Assembly (NCBI GenBank): GCA_009103225.1
Contig: RHPI01001715.1
Location: forward strand, 1,260,428 to 1,324,427
DNA from: Chlorokybus atmophyticus
Taxonomy: Eukaryota > Plantae > Mesostigma and Chlorokybus algae
Direction: 5' to 3'
Length of the DNA stretch: 64,000 nt
Of the stretch, positions 42,290 to 55,900 are shown one piece after another; the stretch's first letter is position 1; each line of letters starts with the position of its first letter. The notes beneath the pieces were generated by a model. That model worked only from the letters and a program-made list of their open reading frames with translations, made no database searches and was not told the DNA's origin. The position numbers and the translations under genes were made by a program.

Positions 42290-45200
42290 TGTCACTGATG
42301 CCACTGTAACGACAACTCCAGCTGAACGTTGGTCTCCTCTGTCGCCGCCTCCGCCTCCGCCTCTTCCTCCTTCTCCGCCGTCGCCGCCGCAGTGTTGTGC
42401 GCGCGCTGAGTGTTGCAATGAACTGCTCTGCTCAGGGCTAACGCCCAAGCAAAAATATCCTTGGCTTTCCCCTTTTACTTTTACGTTAGAGATTTCCTGG
42501 TCTGGGTCCCGGGGTCATATGCCAAAGTATTTGTCAATCTTGAAAGTCTTTGACAGTTGATTGTCTGGCGCGTGCGCGCCTTTGCAAGCCTGCCTTAGCC
42601 ATTGGTAGCATGATTGGTAAGGGCGCCAATTAGTTCCTCTGTAGGACTTGGAACTTTATACAGCATGGTCACAATGACACTGTTGATGGGAAGGCGCATT
42701 TAAAGTTTGAAACTCTCGTCGCGTGCCTTGGTCTCTAGGCATGCATGGCGGGTCGCGAAGTTGGCAGGCTCGACGCTGACATGCTGTCAGTAGCAGCGTT
42801 ACCAATGATAACTTATCATCTTTGGCCATCCGGGGGAGGGGACAAGCGGACAAAAACGCTCGTCGTATACTTCTGCCGCGGCAAATCTGGACATGCGCTT
42901 CTCATGCGATGACAGGATACGACGGGCTGATTCATCATTGACAACGTTATATAGTGGATCTCGTGCACGTCGGCGGGGACCGCCACACTCGATGAGAACG
43001 ATCATTGCTCCGTGCGGTTATGATCGTAATGATCGTACTGCTGACAATTCGAGTCCGAGTTGGCACCCAACCGCGCGGCGATTGGTTGAAACGACCGGTT
43101 GTGTCACCAACCGGGTCCAACGTCTTTCCGTGCGGGCCTATTCGTTGGGTCCTGTCATGATGTGCGACGGCCGGTTACGCCCCGGCAACTGCCCGCTTTA
43201 TTCCGATAAGCTTGAGATATTTGCAAAAAGGGCATTAGAGTACCTGCTCCACGCGCACACGTAACGGCAACATAGCCTCTGCGCTTGCCTGAAAGAGCGC
43301 CGAGACAGTTCAAGAGCGCTGCATTGCCTGTAGATCCAGCCAATACACATGCTGTCACAGCAAAGCTATGCATTAGGTTTGCAATGACATGACACCACTG
43401 CGCTGAGTTACACCACTGGGCAGTGGCACTGCCCTAGCCTAGGGCCCTAGGCATTAAGTGTGGTCTCAGCGGTGGGTCGAGCCTATCCAATGACACGGTT
43501 CAACAATAGACGCTGTTACACGATGCTACTGGCCTCCTGTAATTGTGGCCAATGCATGGTATCGTAAGCCAATGCGCATGCCATTCTGTACGAATTGAGT
43601 CCAGCACTGATGTGAGAACTTCATGCATGATAACTGACAGCTGAGTGTAGGCGCGGCCGATCGATGTGATCTGACTGACTTCGAGCTGGTGCCGTACTAT
43701 AAGGGACAAGCCCTACTGTAAGCCGCCTATGCGACCTGTCAGTGTGTAGTTTTGGTAACCGCCACAGCGCTGGCGTGCTTGACGACGAACAACGCACGAC
43801 ATGCCGACCTGGAACGTCAGCAGGTCGTTGTCAGAATGTGACATCTTTAATGTCACAGCATGCCCTTCCATATAGGAAACGGTGATCCTCTACAGTGGTA
43901 ACAACGCGTACCGGTATATTGCTACTGTAATACAGTCTAAAGTTGATAAGTGCATTTTCGATTAGTGCATGTCCGCGTTTAGTATAAATATGGCCATCAC
44001 CGACGTCTTCAGGGCTAACACCTGCGCGTAAGAGCATGATAGGTGCCTTTGATGAGATGCCTAACCTTTGATGCGTCCATGCATTTATGAAGGTAGATTA
44101 CGCTTGAATTACATATATATAGGCTACGGTTCAAGCGTACTGTATCTACGGTAGACCTGTGCCCTTCCGGACGGAAGTCAACTTCCCTTACAAAAGCTTT
44201 CGGCATTTTCCGAAAAGTGCTCACAACTAGTATTTCCCGTCCGTTAATCTACGGATTTATCATTCGTTGACGGAAGCCTTCGTGGGATATCCACAGAAGG
44301 TTCCATTAATTAAGTCATTACCGTACAAGTGAGCTATATGTATAAATACACACTAGTATGTAAACCCGTGACCTATGCTTACTTTCATTATTGGCATAAA
44401 TAAAATGGTCACAGCACGGGTATCAGGACAGAATGTGACACACCAATACCATTACGCTAAATGCATCATTGCAATGAACATGCATGTATATTGCTTTTGC
44501 GATATCACATGAATAGCATATCACACAATCAACCATGCTATGACCGTATATTCAAATTATTCATTCTCTTTGTGCATACATTTTGCTAATAGCATGTGCA
44601 ATGCAAACAACACCGCATTACACATTGAAAGCAAACAGTATCATACATGAATCTTTGTATGCATCACTATATCATCTAGACAACTGGCAACGACTTCATT
44701 TTTTTAATCCATATATACCCCAACCAACTTCGCTTCCCAACACATAGCGACTTTCAATATACTGATTGATATCATTAACAATTGGCCCCATATAAGTGTT
44801 ATCGGCTACGACTGGCACAATATACATTATAACATGTGTTTTGTACATGTATTCTTACTAATACTTAATGCAAGACACTATGCCCCAATGTACTATTAGT
44901 TGTGAGCTATCTTCGTTGCTTGCCAAAACCATCACGGCCTGCTACGTTGAGTGGGCGACGCCATCACAGGTACCACAGCCTGCATGCAAAAGCGATAATG
45001 AGTGAACCATGGGAGGCTGTCGGCATGCATCGACTAAAAAAGCACACACACATATGCAGTGGTTGCACACGCACCAACACACACACATGTGCTAACTACT
45101 CTCTCTCTGTATATATATACATATATATCTCCACACACTTATGAGTTTGCAAAGCATACACGCATACACACGCATACATGCAGTGACTGATTGACTGCAC

Positions 45201-45703
45201 ATGCACGCACGCGCACTGATTGCACCAGCACACACACAACGCAAGCAATGAGAATATTACTCACCTGACTGGTAGGGTTGGAAGGCGGGTGGGGTTGCGC
45301 AACTGCGTGAGACTACCACCGTTGGACCTGCCTGCACCAGCAACAGTCCATATAGATAGATACACTGAACACACCCACACCCATCCACCCACACACACAC
45401 ATGGCCACTCACACGCACGCACGCACGCACGTGCACACGTTGCAGCAGCACACACAACAACACGCACGCAACCTTGACACAGACAACCTCAACACATACA
45501 GCCTATACACCAACCTGAGGGTGGGGGGAGTTGCCGTCGCTGCAACTGTGCTGGCAGAGTGCCGCCTAAGGAGGAGGGGGCTGCCGCTGGTGGTGAGGAG
45601 GAGGAGGGGCGCTGCTATGGTAGGGGCGATTGAGAGTGGAGGGATCTGATGCTGGAAGGGGTGCCGCCAGTTGCCGGCGGCGCCTGTGGCCAAAGTGGCA
45701 GTT

Positions 45704-46260
<557 letters not shown>

Positions 46261-46614
46261 AGAGCGAGAAGGGCAGGCACCACAACCAACCTGCTGGAAG
46301 GGCGTTGCCGTCGCTGCTTGGAGGGTAGGAGGCGGGTGAGCTGCTGCCAAGAGGGGCGCTGCCGCCGCGCAGCAGTACCTGTCACTGCTGCGCAGCTCCG
46401 TTTATTATTTACGGCGTTGGCAGCCTCACAATTATTTAGACATCCGCCATTGTGCCGTTGCAACGGGCCGCGGGGTCACCGCGGCGCGCTGCAGCTTGCA
46501 GGCCAGCGCCGAAGTGAGCGGCGGAGCGTATTGTAAACAGTAGCATGCATTGACTTGCATACTGACATTGCGTCGCACAGGTGCAAAACAGCCGCGACGC
46601 GGGGGCGGGCAATG

Positions 46615-47905
46615 TTTTGGCTGTTGACCATGTTTGATGATGCAATAACTATAGCATCTAATCAATTAGCGTTACATGATAGAGTGGATCAGTTAGAACG
46701 AGGGTGAGTAGTGGCGGCATGTCTGTGGGGTATAGGGCCTGCCCCGACCTCATACCGCTAAAAACGCGGCCAATTTAACCACTAACTGTGTTACAATTGC
46801 ACCAAATCACTAGCGATTTTGAATCGCCGTTGGCAAGCAGTTACCGCCGAGATAGTTTTCAGCATCTTTTATGCATCTCTGCAATGATGGCCAGTTCGCT
46901 GCCTTTTTCAGCAACGGCTGTTGTCACCGTTGCGATCCCATTTGATCAAATTCATGCGTGACCAAATGGTGGCCTAAGGATTCAATTTTTCATTTAGTTG
47001 AATCTTAACGTTAAGGTAATTCAGGTTAGCATTATTGTGATGGTTGTAACCTTGGCATTACTAGATATTTTAGCATGTACCGTGGCGTGAACGTTACGTT
47101 GAGTATTAAGTTTTGTAACACTTAACTGCAGGTTGCTAGCCATATTGCACCATATTGCAGTATATGTGCTTCATTTCGCAACATGTGTGCTTCATATTGC
47201 AACACATCAAAGACATTGTGCATGTGGACTTTGCTTCAGTGCACTCCCTAATTGCCGGACTCTGCCAAGATGGCTCTTTTGGATGGTCAACAGCCGAACA
47301 AACGATCAACATGTATCAATGTATTTTTATTTATTAATATTAATATTGTAACACATAAGATTGATCAACATGCAGCCATAAGCGGCGACGTATGCAGAAC
47401 TGTGCTTATAATTTTACATTTCTTGGCATGCGTTTAAGCAATTGGATGTGCTTTGGACGGTCACGATCGTATTAAAGCAGATCTAACGGTGTAACGCTTG
47501 TACTCGCCGCCTAGCCAATGAGAAGCAGGCGAGCCGCACATACTGCCGCGCAGCCCGGCAGTCGCGGGTGCCGTGTGATGGCCCTGATGCGCGGGATGTG
47601 TGATGTAGGTTGAATGCCGGCCGGCCGGCCGACAGGCCGACAGCAACCGGTCGTAAACATGCTGGAGAAAACCATGTCCAAACTTATCACTGGGTATGCT
47701 GAGCTGCTAGCAAGCTTGGGTGTGCATGAACGTATATCCCTCGTGCTTTTTTTCCTGTTACACAACACAAGGTTCTTTGAACTTTACTCACTCTCTGTGT
47801 TATACAAGTGTACTTTATTTCCTTGCAAGTCACATGGTACATCCACATGCCGGCCGGCCGACAGGCCGGCCGGCCCGACCAAACAGCCGCACCACTCGTT
47901 TGCCC
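46615..47905 (-). repeat. Dispersed repeat family, copy D (inverted), with ~210-bp internal insertion at 47640-47850
   Basis: The reverse complement matches copy B over ~850 bp. The terminal motif AACGAGTGGTGCGGCTGTTTGG at ~47880-47900 matches copies A and C. Confidence 0.85.
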
Positions 47906-48429
47906 CTCTGTACACACACAGTTCTTATTATAAATTGCAGGATGAGGGATGTATATGCTGATAGTAGGTATGTAATGAGCTTATGTCAAGGTATAATATG
48001 CATGTTGGCTGCTTATATGAAACAGTTTTCGTGACTTTTCGTGCTGTTATGGTCATTTTAGGCACTTCAAAAAGGCACACAACATATATAAGCAGAAAAG
48101 CGTTGAACTTCCGTCAATTCCGAAATGCTTCCCTTCTCGAGCGAAAGTAATAGGAAGTCTATGTTCAAACTCACGGAATGACCCAGGTGTAATTTACCGT
48201 TGTAAACATGATAACGCAACTCGAAATTAGGTATAATTAATAGATGCATTGATTATGCATTTTTGCCAAGCCGTAATGTACATAGAATATACTGCGTTGC
48301 TGATCATGTTATGGTACCAGTCTATTTGCCATTAGGCCACCAGCACATGATTACTTGCATTATGGTTGAAACTATAGTTATGGGTGGCTCCGATCACTAG
48401 GCTATAGTAGCAAAACCACGAGTGAGGTT

Positions 48430-51400
48430 TGTCACAATTTATCTATAATTGTAACAGCACCACCGTCGCCGGTGATGCCCCTTCAATCCTCTACCCCAAC
48501 ACCCACACCGCCTATGACAAGCCTTTCAACGGCGTGGCCGCCACTGAGCAGAGCACTGAAAAGTTCCCACATCAGTTTGATGTCACCTTCTATATCAAGA
48601 GTATATCAAATATATACCTCTCGATAATTAACTCACAACTAGACATCAACCCTACAGATAGGGTAGTTATGAAATCTAGAGTGAGCCAATCACAGCTCAG
48701 ATAAGGTACCTATCGATAAGGTACCTATCGAAAGATACCTATCGTAAAGTACCTAACGAGATAGTGATCACATTTTATCAAATGTGACACTAAATAGGCT
48801 TGAATAAGCGGTTCTACACCCATTGGGACTTATTTAAGCTATGATAAAGCATTGTAGCCTTTACATAAGCGAGGAACCGTAGAAAAGAGGTATAAATAAG
48901 CATATTTAGATACATATTCATACAGAATGTGATATTTAGGTAGCAATAATACCCCTATTATTATTGCTCCCGTTACATTCCCCCCAACTTAGGTTTTCAA
49001 CGTCCTCGTTGAACTCAAGTTTATCAGGCTTGATTTCGAGTAATTGTAACCAGTGAGATAGCAGGAAATGACAGGGTGGTAACGAAACTGCACTGCCAGT
49101 CTGTCATAAAACCAAGCCCACAGTTTATGGGACAGGACGTGAATCCCAATAAGCTTGAAGCAACTCGCGGCAGTGCGCAAGATGCTTGTCGGGCTCCCAA
49201 CTGTTATGTTCTGGGCCATACCCTTTCCATTTTACCAAATAGCGAGTTGCGCGTCCTCGACTATGGTTAGGAGCCACATAGTGGCGAAGCATTTCTTCTA
49301 GTGTTTAATTTGCTCGCTCAGTTTGTCCATCCGTTTGCGGGTGGAAAGCAGTCGACATGCTTTGTTTTACCCCCAAGAATTCACAGACTTCTCTCTAAAA
49401 ACTTGGAGACAAATCGAGGGTATCACGATCTGTGATAAGCTCACGCGGTACACCGTGAACTCAAATAAATGTGCCAAGTCCCGTGCACTCACAGTTGTGC
49501 AACACGGGGCAAAATGCACCATTTTGGTCAAACGATCGACAAAAACCACGATAGCAGTATATTTGGCTGCTGTTTCAGGTAGGTTAGTAATTAAATCCAC
49601 ACTAACACTATCCCACTTTTGTTCTGGGAATACCAATGGTTTAAGCAATCCCGCTTGTTTTTGTCGTAGTGGCTTATTACGTTGACACACGTCACATGTG
49701 CGAACATATTGATCCACATCAGCTGACATTGACGGCCACCAGTATAACTGTTGCGCAACTTTGAGTGTTTTGTGTTTCCCCAAATGCCTAGCATACGGCG
49801 GGTTATGCACTGAATGTAAGCATTGCTTACGCAAGTCGCCCGAGTTGGGAATTGCCAACTGCTTCCCTTTATACCACAGATTGCTGACAGCAGTAAGCTG
49901 TTGCAAGTTGGTTTGACTGCTAAACCAATCATCTGAGTTATAACCTGTGGACACTTCCTTTAGGAAAGGATCTTCAGGCTGTTGCACATTACGCGTACTT
50001 CGAGAGCGCCTAAGTGCCAAAAGAGCAGGGCTACGACTTAGTGGATCCGCCATATTGGTGCGACCCGGACTGTATTGCCAAGTGAAAGTGAAACCAGAAA
50101 TGAATTCATTCCACCTAGCTTGCCGCCTCGACAGGTTCTGTTGAGTATGAAAGAATGTGAGCGGTTTGTGATCAGTAATCACTGAATACTCCACACCTTC
50201 CAAGTAGCAACGCCATGTGCGCAGCGCGTGCACCACCCCAAGCAATTCCTGCTCAGTGGTTGTGTAATTATATTCAGCAGCAATGAACTTTCTGCTTTCA
50301 TATGCACATGGTATGTCATCCTGTAGAAGGACTGCCCCACACCCAATGGTGGAAGCATCACTGATCACCACAAAAGGCTTGGTGTGGTCGGGGAAGGCTA
50401 ACACAGGGGCTTGTGTTAATGCATTTTTAATGCGTGTAAAAGCAACCTCGTGTGCCTCCGTCCACACAAATTTAACATCTTTTCTGAGTAAAGATGTTAA
50501 AGGATTTGCCATGCTAGAATATGCTCGCATGAACTTGCGGAAATAATTGGCTAGCTTTAAGAAAGCACGTAACTGATGTACATCCTTGGGTGGTGGCCAA
50601 TCCTTCACCGCACACACCTTTTGAGAATTTGGTTCAATCCTTCTTTGCCAATCGCATGCCCTAAAAAGGGTAGTTCATCCTTTGCAAAGTTGCATTTGGA
50701 CAGGTTGGCATAGAATTTGTGTTCGTAACTTAGCTAGAACCAATACCACATGCTTGTGGTGTTCCTCCCGGGTTTTGCTGAACACAATAATGTCGTCAAG
50801 ATATACCAGCACAAACTTGTACAATTCATTAGCAAATACCGCGTTCACTGCTATCTGAGATGTAGCTGGTGTATTTGTTAACACAAATGGTAACACTTTA
50901 TACTCAAAGTGTCCTAATGGGGTGCGAAATGCAGTTTTTTGTGTATCTGACGGGTGGATTTTGATTTGATGATAACCACTGGTCAAATCCAGTGTGCTGA
51001 ACACTGTTGCACCTGACAGCGTATTAAACAAATCATCAATCCGAGGCAAAGGGTATTTGTTTTTCACAGTTACCTTGTTTAACGCACAGTAATCAGTACA
51101 CATGCGCAGCTTGCCATTCTTTTGGGCACAAACAAAATTGGTGCACCAAAAGAAGATATGCTCTTTGTTATCAATCCTTTGTCCAATAACTCTTTGTGCT
51201 GTTTTTCCATTTCCGCGTGTTCTAAGGGACTTAGCCTATAGATAGGCCGCCAAGGTGGCTTTGCCCCCTCTTCCAACGAAATGGTATGATGTATGTTTCT
51301 ATCAGGAGGCAACTCCGGGAGTTCATCCTGAAATACATCTGCGTATTGTTCCGTAAGTGATTGCACCACAGGGTCAGTTACGGCCTGTTCAACAAGTGTC

Positions 51401-52943
51401 TCTACCTGTTGTAAGTGCATCAGATATACTTCCTCACGTTTACGCATGCAACGTTTCGATTGCATAGCAGAGAGGAGCGGAACATTGTCGCGAGAAACAC
51501 GTGCGAGTATAGGTGCAGTTAATGTCACCTTACGTTTACCCTTACGAAGGGTGCACGTATTTGCTCGAGAGTCCAATTGCAAACCTGCTTTGGTGTGCCA
51601 CTGTTCACCCAAAACAACATCCACTCCGGGGATGCCTATATCCACCACGATGAAAGTTGGTCGAGTCATATGGCTGTCAATAATAAAACGCCCCTTCACC
51701 TCCCCAATTGCATTGAGGGTGGAACCAGCAGCACGTACATACGACGTGACTGGTGTGAAAGGTATGTTATTATGTTTCACCCAAGCATGTTTAATAAAGT
51801 TAGGGTTTGCACCAGTATCAATGCTGTACATGGTGTGCCCATAAGTTGACTCTCAAATCTTCATTTGAGTGGCACTGAGTGACCATCAAATGTAGCCAAT
51901 GTCGGAGTGCCGTAATTGGTAGCAGGCTTGATAAAGATCACTTGTAACAGTGAAGTTCCTGTATCTTTGCGTGAGAGTTGCATAATTACTTCTCCCCCTT
52001 TTAACAATCGCGACCACGGGCCATGATATCGAGGGATAACTACACATGCAGTGACAGCATGTTGTAATTGCAACTCGTGTAAGTGCTTAACAGCAATTAC
52101 CAATTCAGAGAATGGAATATCGTTTAAAACACAACCGTTTGCATTTGTCAACACAGGTGGTGTGCTCACATCAGTCCATACATCTGATATATCACAAAAA
52201 GAGGAAACTTTATCAAGAAGTACAGAGTTTTTAAAGTCGTTCTGCTCGACCAAGCTACCAACCACGGACAACTCCTATTTCTCGTCCCTCTGCTGCTTGG
52301 CCTTCTGTGCATTCTGCTTCGCATAGCACTTGGCCTCCCCATGACCTGGCTTCTTGCAGAAGCTGCAAGTGATGGTGGATTGTACCGCGTTGTAAGGGCC
52401 AGCAGGCTGAGATGTTTTCGCCTTTTTAACAAAGAGTTTGTTGTCAGTGGCCGGGCGCTTTGCAGCTGAAGTCGGGGCTGCCTCTTTTATTGTGGTTTGC
52501 ATGTTTGCGTGAGAACGCTTCACACTATCCACAGCAGCAACCATCTGCATCAGCATTGGTAAATCCGTCGAGCCCCATTCTTGCAAACTGGCGGGGTTGA
52601 CGGCCACATGCTGAACGAGATCTGTGTCCGAGCCACGCCTGAAAATATCCAGCTGATCAGCATCACTGATGGGTAATTTGCCAGCATTAATCTTGTCTCT
52701 GACAAAAGACTGAAAATCCTGGATACATTGCTGAACCGGACGCCCGTTCTGACGCATATTGTGCAGCTAGTTGCGAGCAACCTGGGCAGGATCTGCGCCA
52801 CCATAGCGCTGCTCCATAAAAGAGCACAACTGATTCACTTCCCGCCCGAGGTTCGTATCCCTTTGCTTACGGCGGTACCACTCTGCCAGAGCATCATTTG
52901 GGATCAGCAACTCAGCTACACGCAACTTCCCCTCCTCACAAAA
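48430..52943 (-). mobile_element. Ty3/gypsy chromovirus, element 1 (decayed): 3' LTR 48430-48977, PPT 48978-48988, chromodomain, INT, RH, RT, PR, extra domain, partial gag; gag interrupted by element 2
   Basis: LTR has TGT...ACA ends and GGGGGGAA PPT on the minus strand. Motifs: gag knuckle CSFCKKPGHGEAKC, PR (I)DTGAN, RT YLDDI, RH VITDHKPL, INT HxxxYARH/CDVC, SVSVDLITNLP, STAFHPQTDGQTER, chromo YLVKWKGYGPEHNSWEP. Several stops and frameshifts. Confidence 0.92.
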
Positions 52944-55900
52944 TGTAACAGCCTGGACCCTTTCCATATTTTAGTGCATGTATAATATGTGTTTTACCCT
53001 TTTCTGGCTTAATAAAGGGTTTTGTAAGGCTTTATTGGGCCCTTCTGGCGCCGGCTCTACTGCAGGGCGCGACTTCGCTTTCGCCAGAAGCTGCCAACCT
53101 GCGACGTGCTTGCCGCCGAGCCAATAGCGACGTGACTGCCGCGGCATGTGACGTCACACCTGACTAGACTGTGCCAGGTGACGCGGACTTCGCAGTCAGC
53201 GACCTGCTGTGCAGTACCTTACGATGCGGAGTGCACAGTCAGCTGCCGCGCGAAAGGTACCCGATGCGAGGGGCAGCAGCCTGCACTTATACTGTCCTTT
53301 GGATTTTGTAAATCATGAACAAAATGCCTGGTTATTAACCTACTTAGTTTTGGTGCTGGTATAAATAGGAAAACCCTGTGTAATACAACCAACTTTACTT
53401 TCTGCTCTCTGCTGTGAGTATACTGGTGTATGCTTGAGAGAGGCGTGATCCAAGGTACACTGCTGCGTTCTTGCTTGATGTGAGAAGTAGTAGTGTTCGT
53501 GTGCGCGCTTAACGCATGCGTATGCGCGAGGGAAGGCAAGGTTCCGGTGTGAAGACTGTGCTCAGTGTGCACACATGTGTTGTATGACTTGTGTGCTGTG
53601 TATGTGAGCACGAGCATCGTTACAGTGGTATCGGAGCCCTTTGAGTGGTTGGCTTTCTTGTTTTAAGGGGATATTGACTATCTCTTTGGTGTGTGAGGTA
53701 TTTTTTTGTTTATGGACGCTACCAGGATGATGCACGTGTTGTGGAGCTTCAGCAAGTGCTGGTGGCTGCTCATGAGGAGCTGCAACGTGTCCAAGCATCT
53801 GCCCAAGCTCAAGCGGCACAATTTCAACAAGCCATGGCGCAGGCTCGCGCGTCCGCGTCCGTTACAGCTCCTGTGGTTGCTCTATCAGCCTCTCGTCATG
53901 TGAAGCTACCAAAACCAAAGTCATTCAAGGGTCAAAGGGACGGTGACTGTGTCGACGAGTGGGTGTTTGCCGTTTTGACATGGTTGAAGCTCACCGAGGT
54001 ACCCATACATCTTCATGTCGATGTGGCTGCTACTTTCTTTGAGGAAGCTGCACTTGTGTGGTGGCGTCATCGTTGTGCTCATGTGGAAGCTGGTCTTGAG
54101 GTTCCTTTCACTACCGTGGCTGAGCTGGCTGCTGAGGTGAAGAAACAGTTCGAACCGGTGGAGAGTGTGAAGACGGCACGCGACCAACTCTCTACACTTG
54201 TGCAATCGCAGTCCGTGATGGTTTATACCTCTGCGTTTCAGCGTCTTGTGCTCTCCGCACCCAACATGACTGAGGAGGAGTAGCTAGACCGCTACACGCG
54301 CGGGTTGAAGACTCTTTGTCGCAAGGAAGTTGAGCTTCGTGACGCGAAGATTCTCGCGGAGGCCATTCGCATTGCCGAGCGTACGGACGTGTTGTACTTC
54401 AAGGGGAGTGCCAAATACGCTGATCGTGGACACTTCAATCAGTCTCATGGAGGTTCGTATCACTCGTACGCATCTGTTGGGGCTGGTTCGGGAGCTGTAG
54501 CAGCTCATGGGGCTGGCTCGGGGCCAATTCCAATGGAGTTGGGTGCTCTCCATGTCTCCAAGAAGGGGACAAGGGGTCGAGAAGATTCCAAGGCAGCTCA
54601 AAAGTGTTGAGAGTGCTCTTCCGCTGATCATGTGCGCTCTAGCTGCCCCGTCTTTAAAGCAAAGTCTGCTGCACATGCCCGCAACGCTCGCGGCGGTGGA
54701 CGCGTGAACATGGTGGAGGAGGATATGTTACAGCCGGGAAACGGCTCACCTCAATAGCTAAAGAGGCTCCTGCTGGGGTGGTGATGCAGCCTCACTATGA
54801 TGTTGAAGGTCCAGCGGCTGGCGTGGAAGCATTGTTGACGGTTGGCGGCATGTGCGCAACGGCAACGCAAAGCGGTATGGTTCGTGTGCCCGATAAGGCG
54901 AGGCAGCTGTTTGGAGTCATGGCTCTGATCCGAAAGGGCAATGGGCCTTGGATGGAGTGTAAGATGCTAGTGGATTGTGGCACGAACAGCAACTTTATGA
55001 GTCGTGAGGTTGCGCGTCGGCACAAGTGGCTGTCATGGGCAAATGCTGGCTCGGTGGCTCTAGCGGACGGCTATGCGCCAGTAGGAGGAGCTTCTAAGCA
55101 AAGCAATGAGCTTCAGATGCATGTGGGGATGATGAAGGATCGCCTACGCTTTTGCTGCATCGAGCTGAACAATGGCTTTGATGGCATTTTGGGGCTGCCT
55201 TGGCTTTGGACACATAACCCCGTTATTGATGAGAGGAAGAGCGTGCTCGCTGCTCCGGAAGCCGGTGGTGAGGTTTTAGTGTGCTTCAATGCTTCAATGC
55301 AAGGCGAGTGTGTGGTTCAAGAGCGTGTCAGCTGCGTCGAGGCTACTAGCAATGTGCTGCATACGCGTGACGCGCACGACACGAAGGCACGCCAGCAAGC
55401 TGTACCACAACATGCTTCTAGCTCAAGGGGAGAGGTTCCGGAGCTGGTGTCACGAGTTTCTAAGACCGAGATGGAGCAGATCTGATCCGGGAACGACGTG
55501 AAGGATGCATGGCTGTGCATGGTGCGTGAGACACCTCCCAAGTCGGACTTGGAGCTGGTCGGCACTGTTTCGGAGAGTTCGGAGGACCCCGAGGTGCAGA
55601 AGTTGCTTGAGGAGTTCAAAGACGTCATGGTGGATGGGCTACCAGCTGGTCTGCCACCCACGCGAAGTGTTGATCACCGTGTGGAGCTGATAGAGGGCGT
55701 GCACAAGCCGCCGTACAGACCGGTGTACAAATTGTCTCCGGCTGAGCTCGAAGAGGCGAGGAACCAAGTCGAGAACCTTCTACAACGTGGGTACATCAGG
55801 CACAGCAAGTCTCCGTACGGTGCACCTATCCTATCTGTACGTAAGAAGAGCGGAGCCTTGCGCATGTGCATCGACTATCGGCCACTCAACAACATCACCA

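Noticed and set aside
43500-44330. Fragmented minus-strand ORFs in AT-richer DNA, considered as a viral or bacterial relic
   Set aside because: All frames have stops and no recognisable motif.
48700-48762. CRISPR-like appearance of short repeats (also the 56- and 63-bp duplications)
   Set aside because: They are tandem with no unique spacers, the context is eukaryotic, and there are no cas genes.
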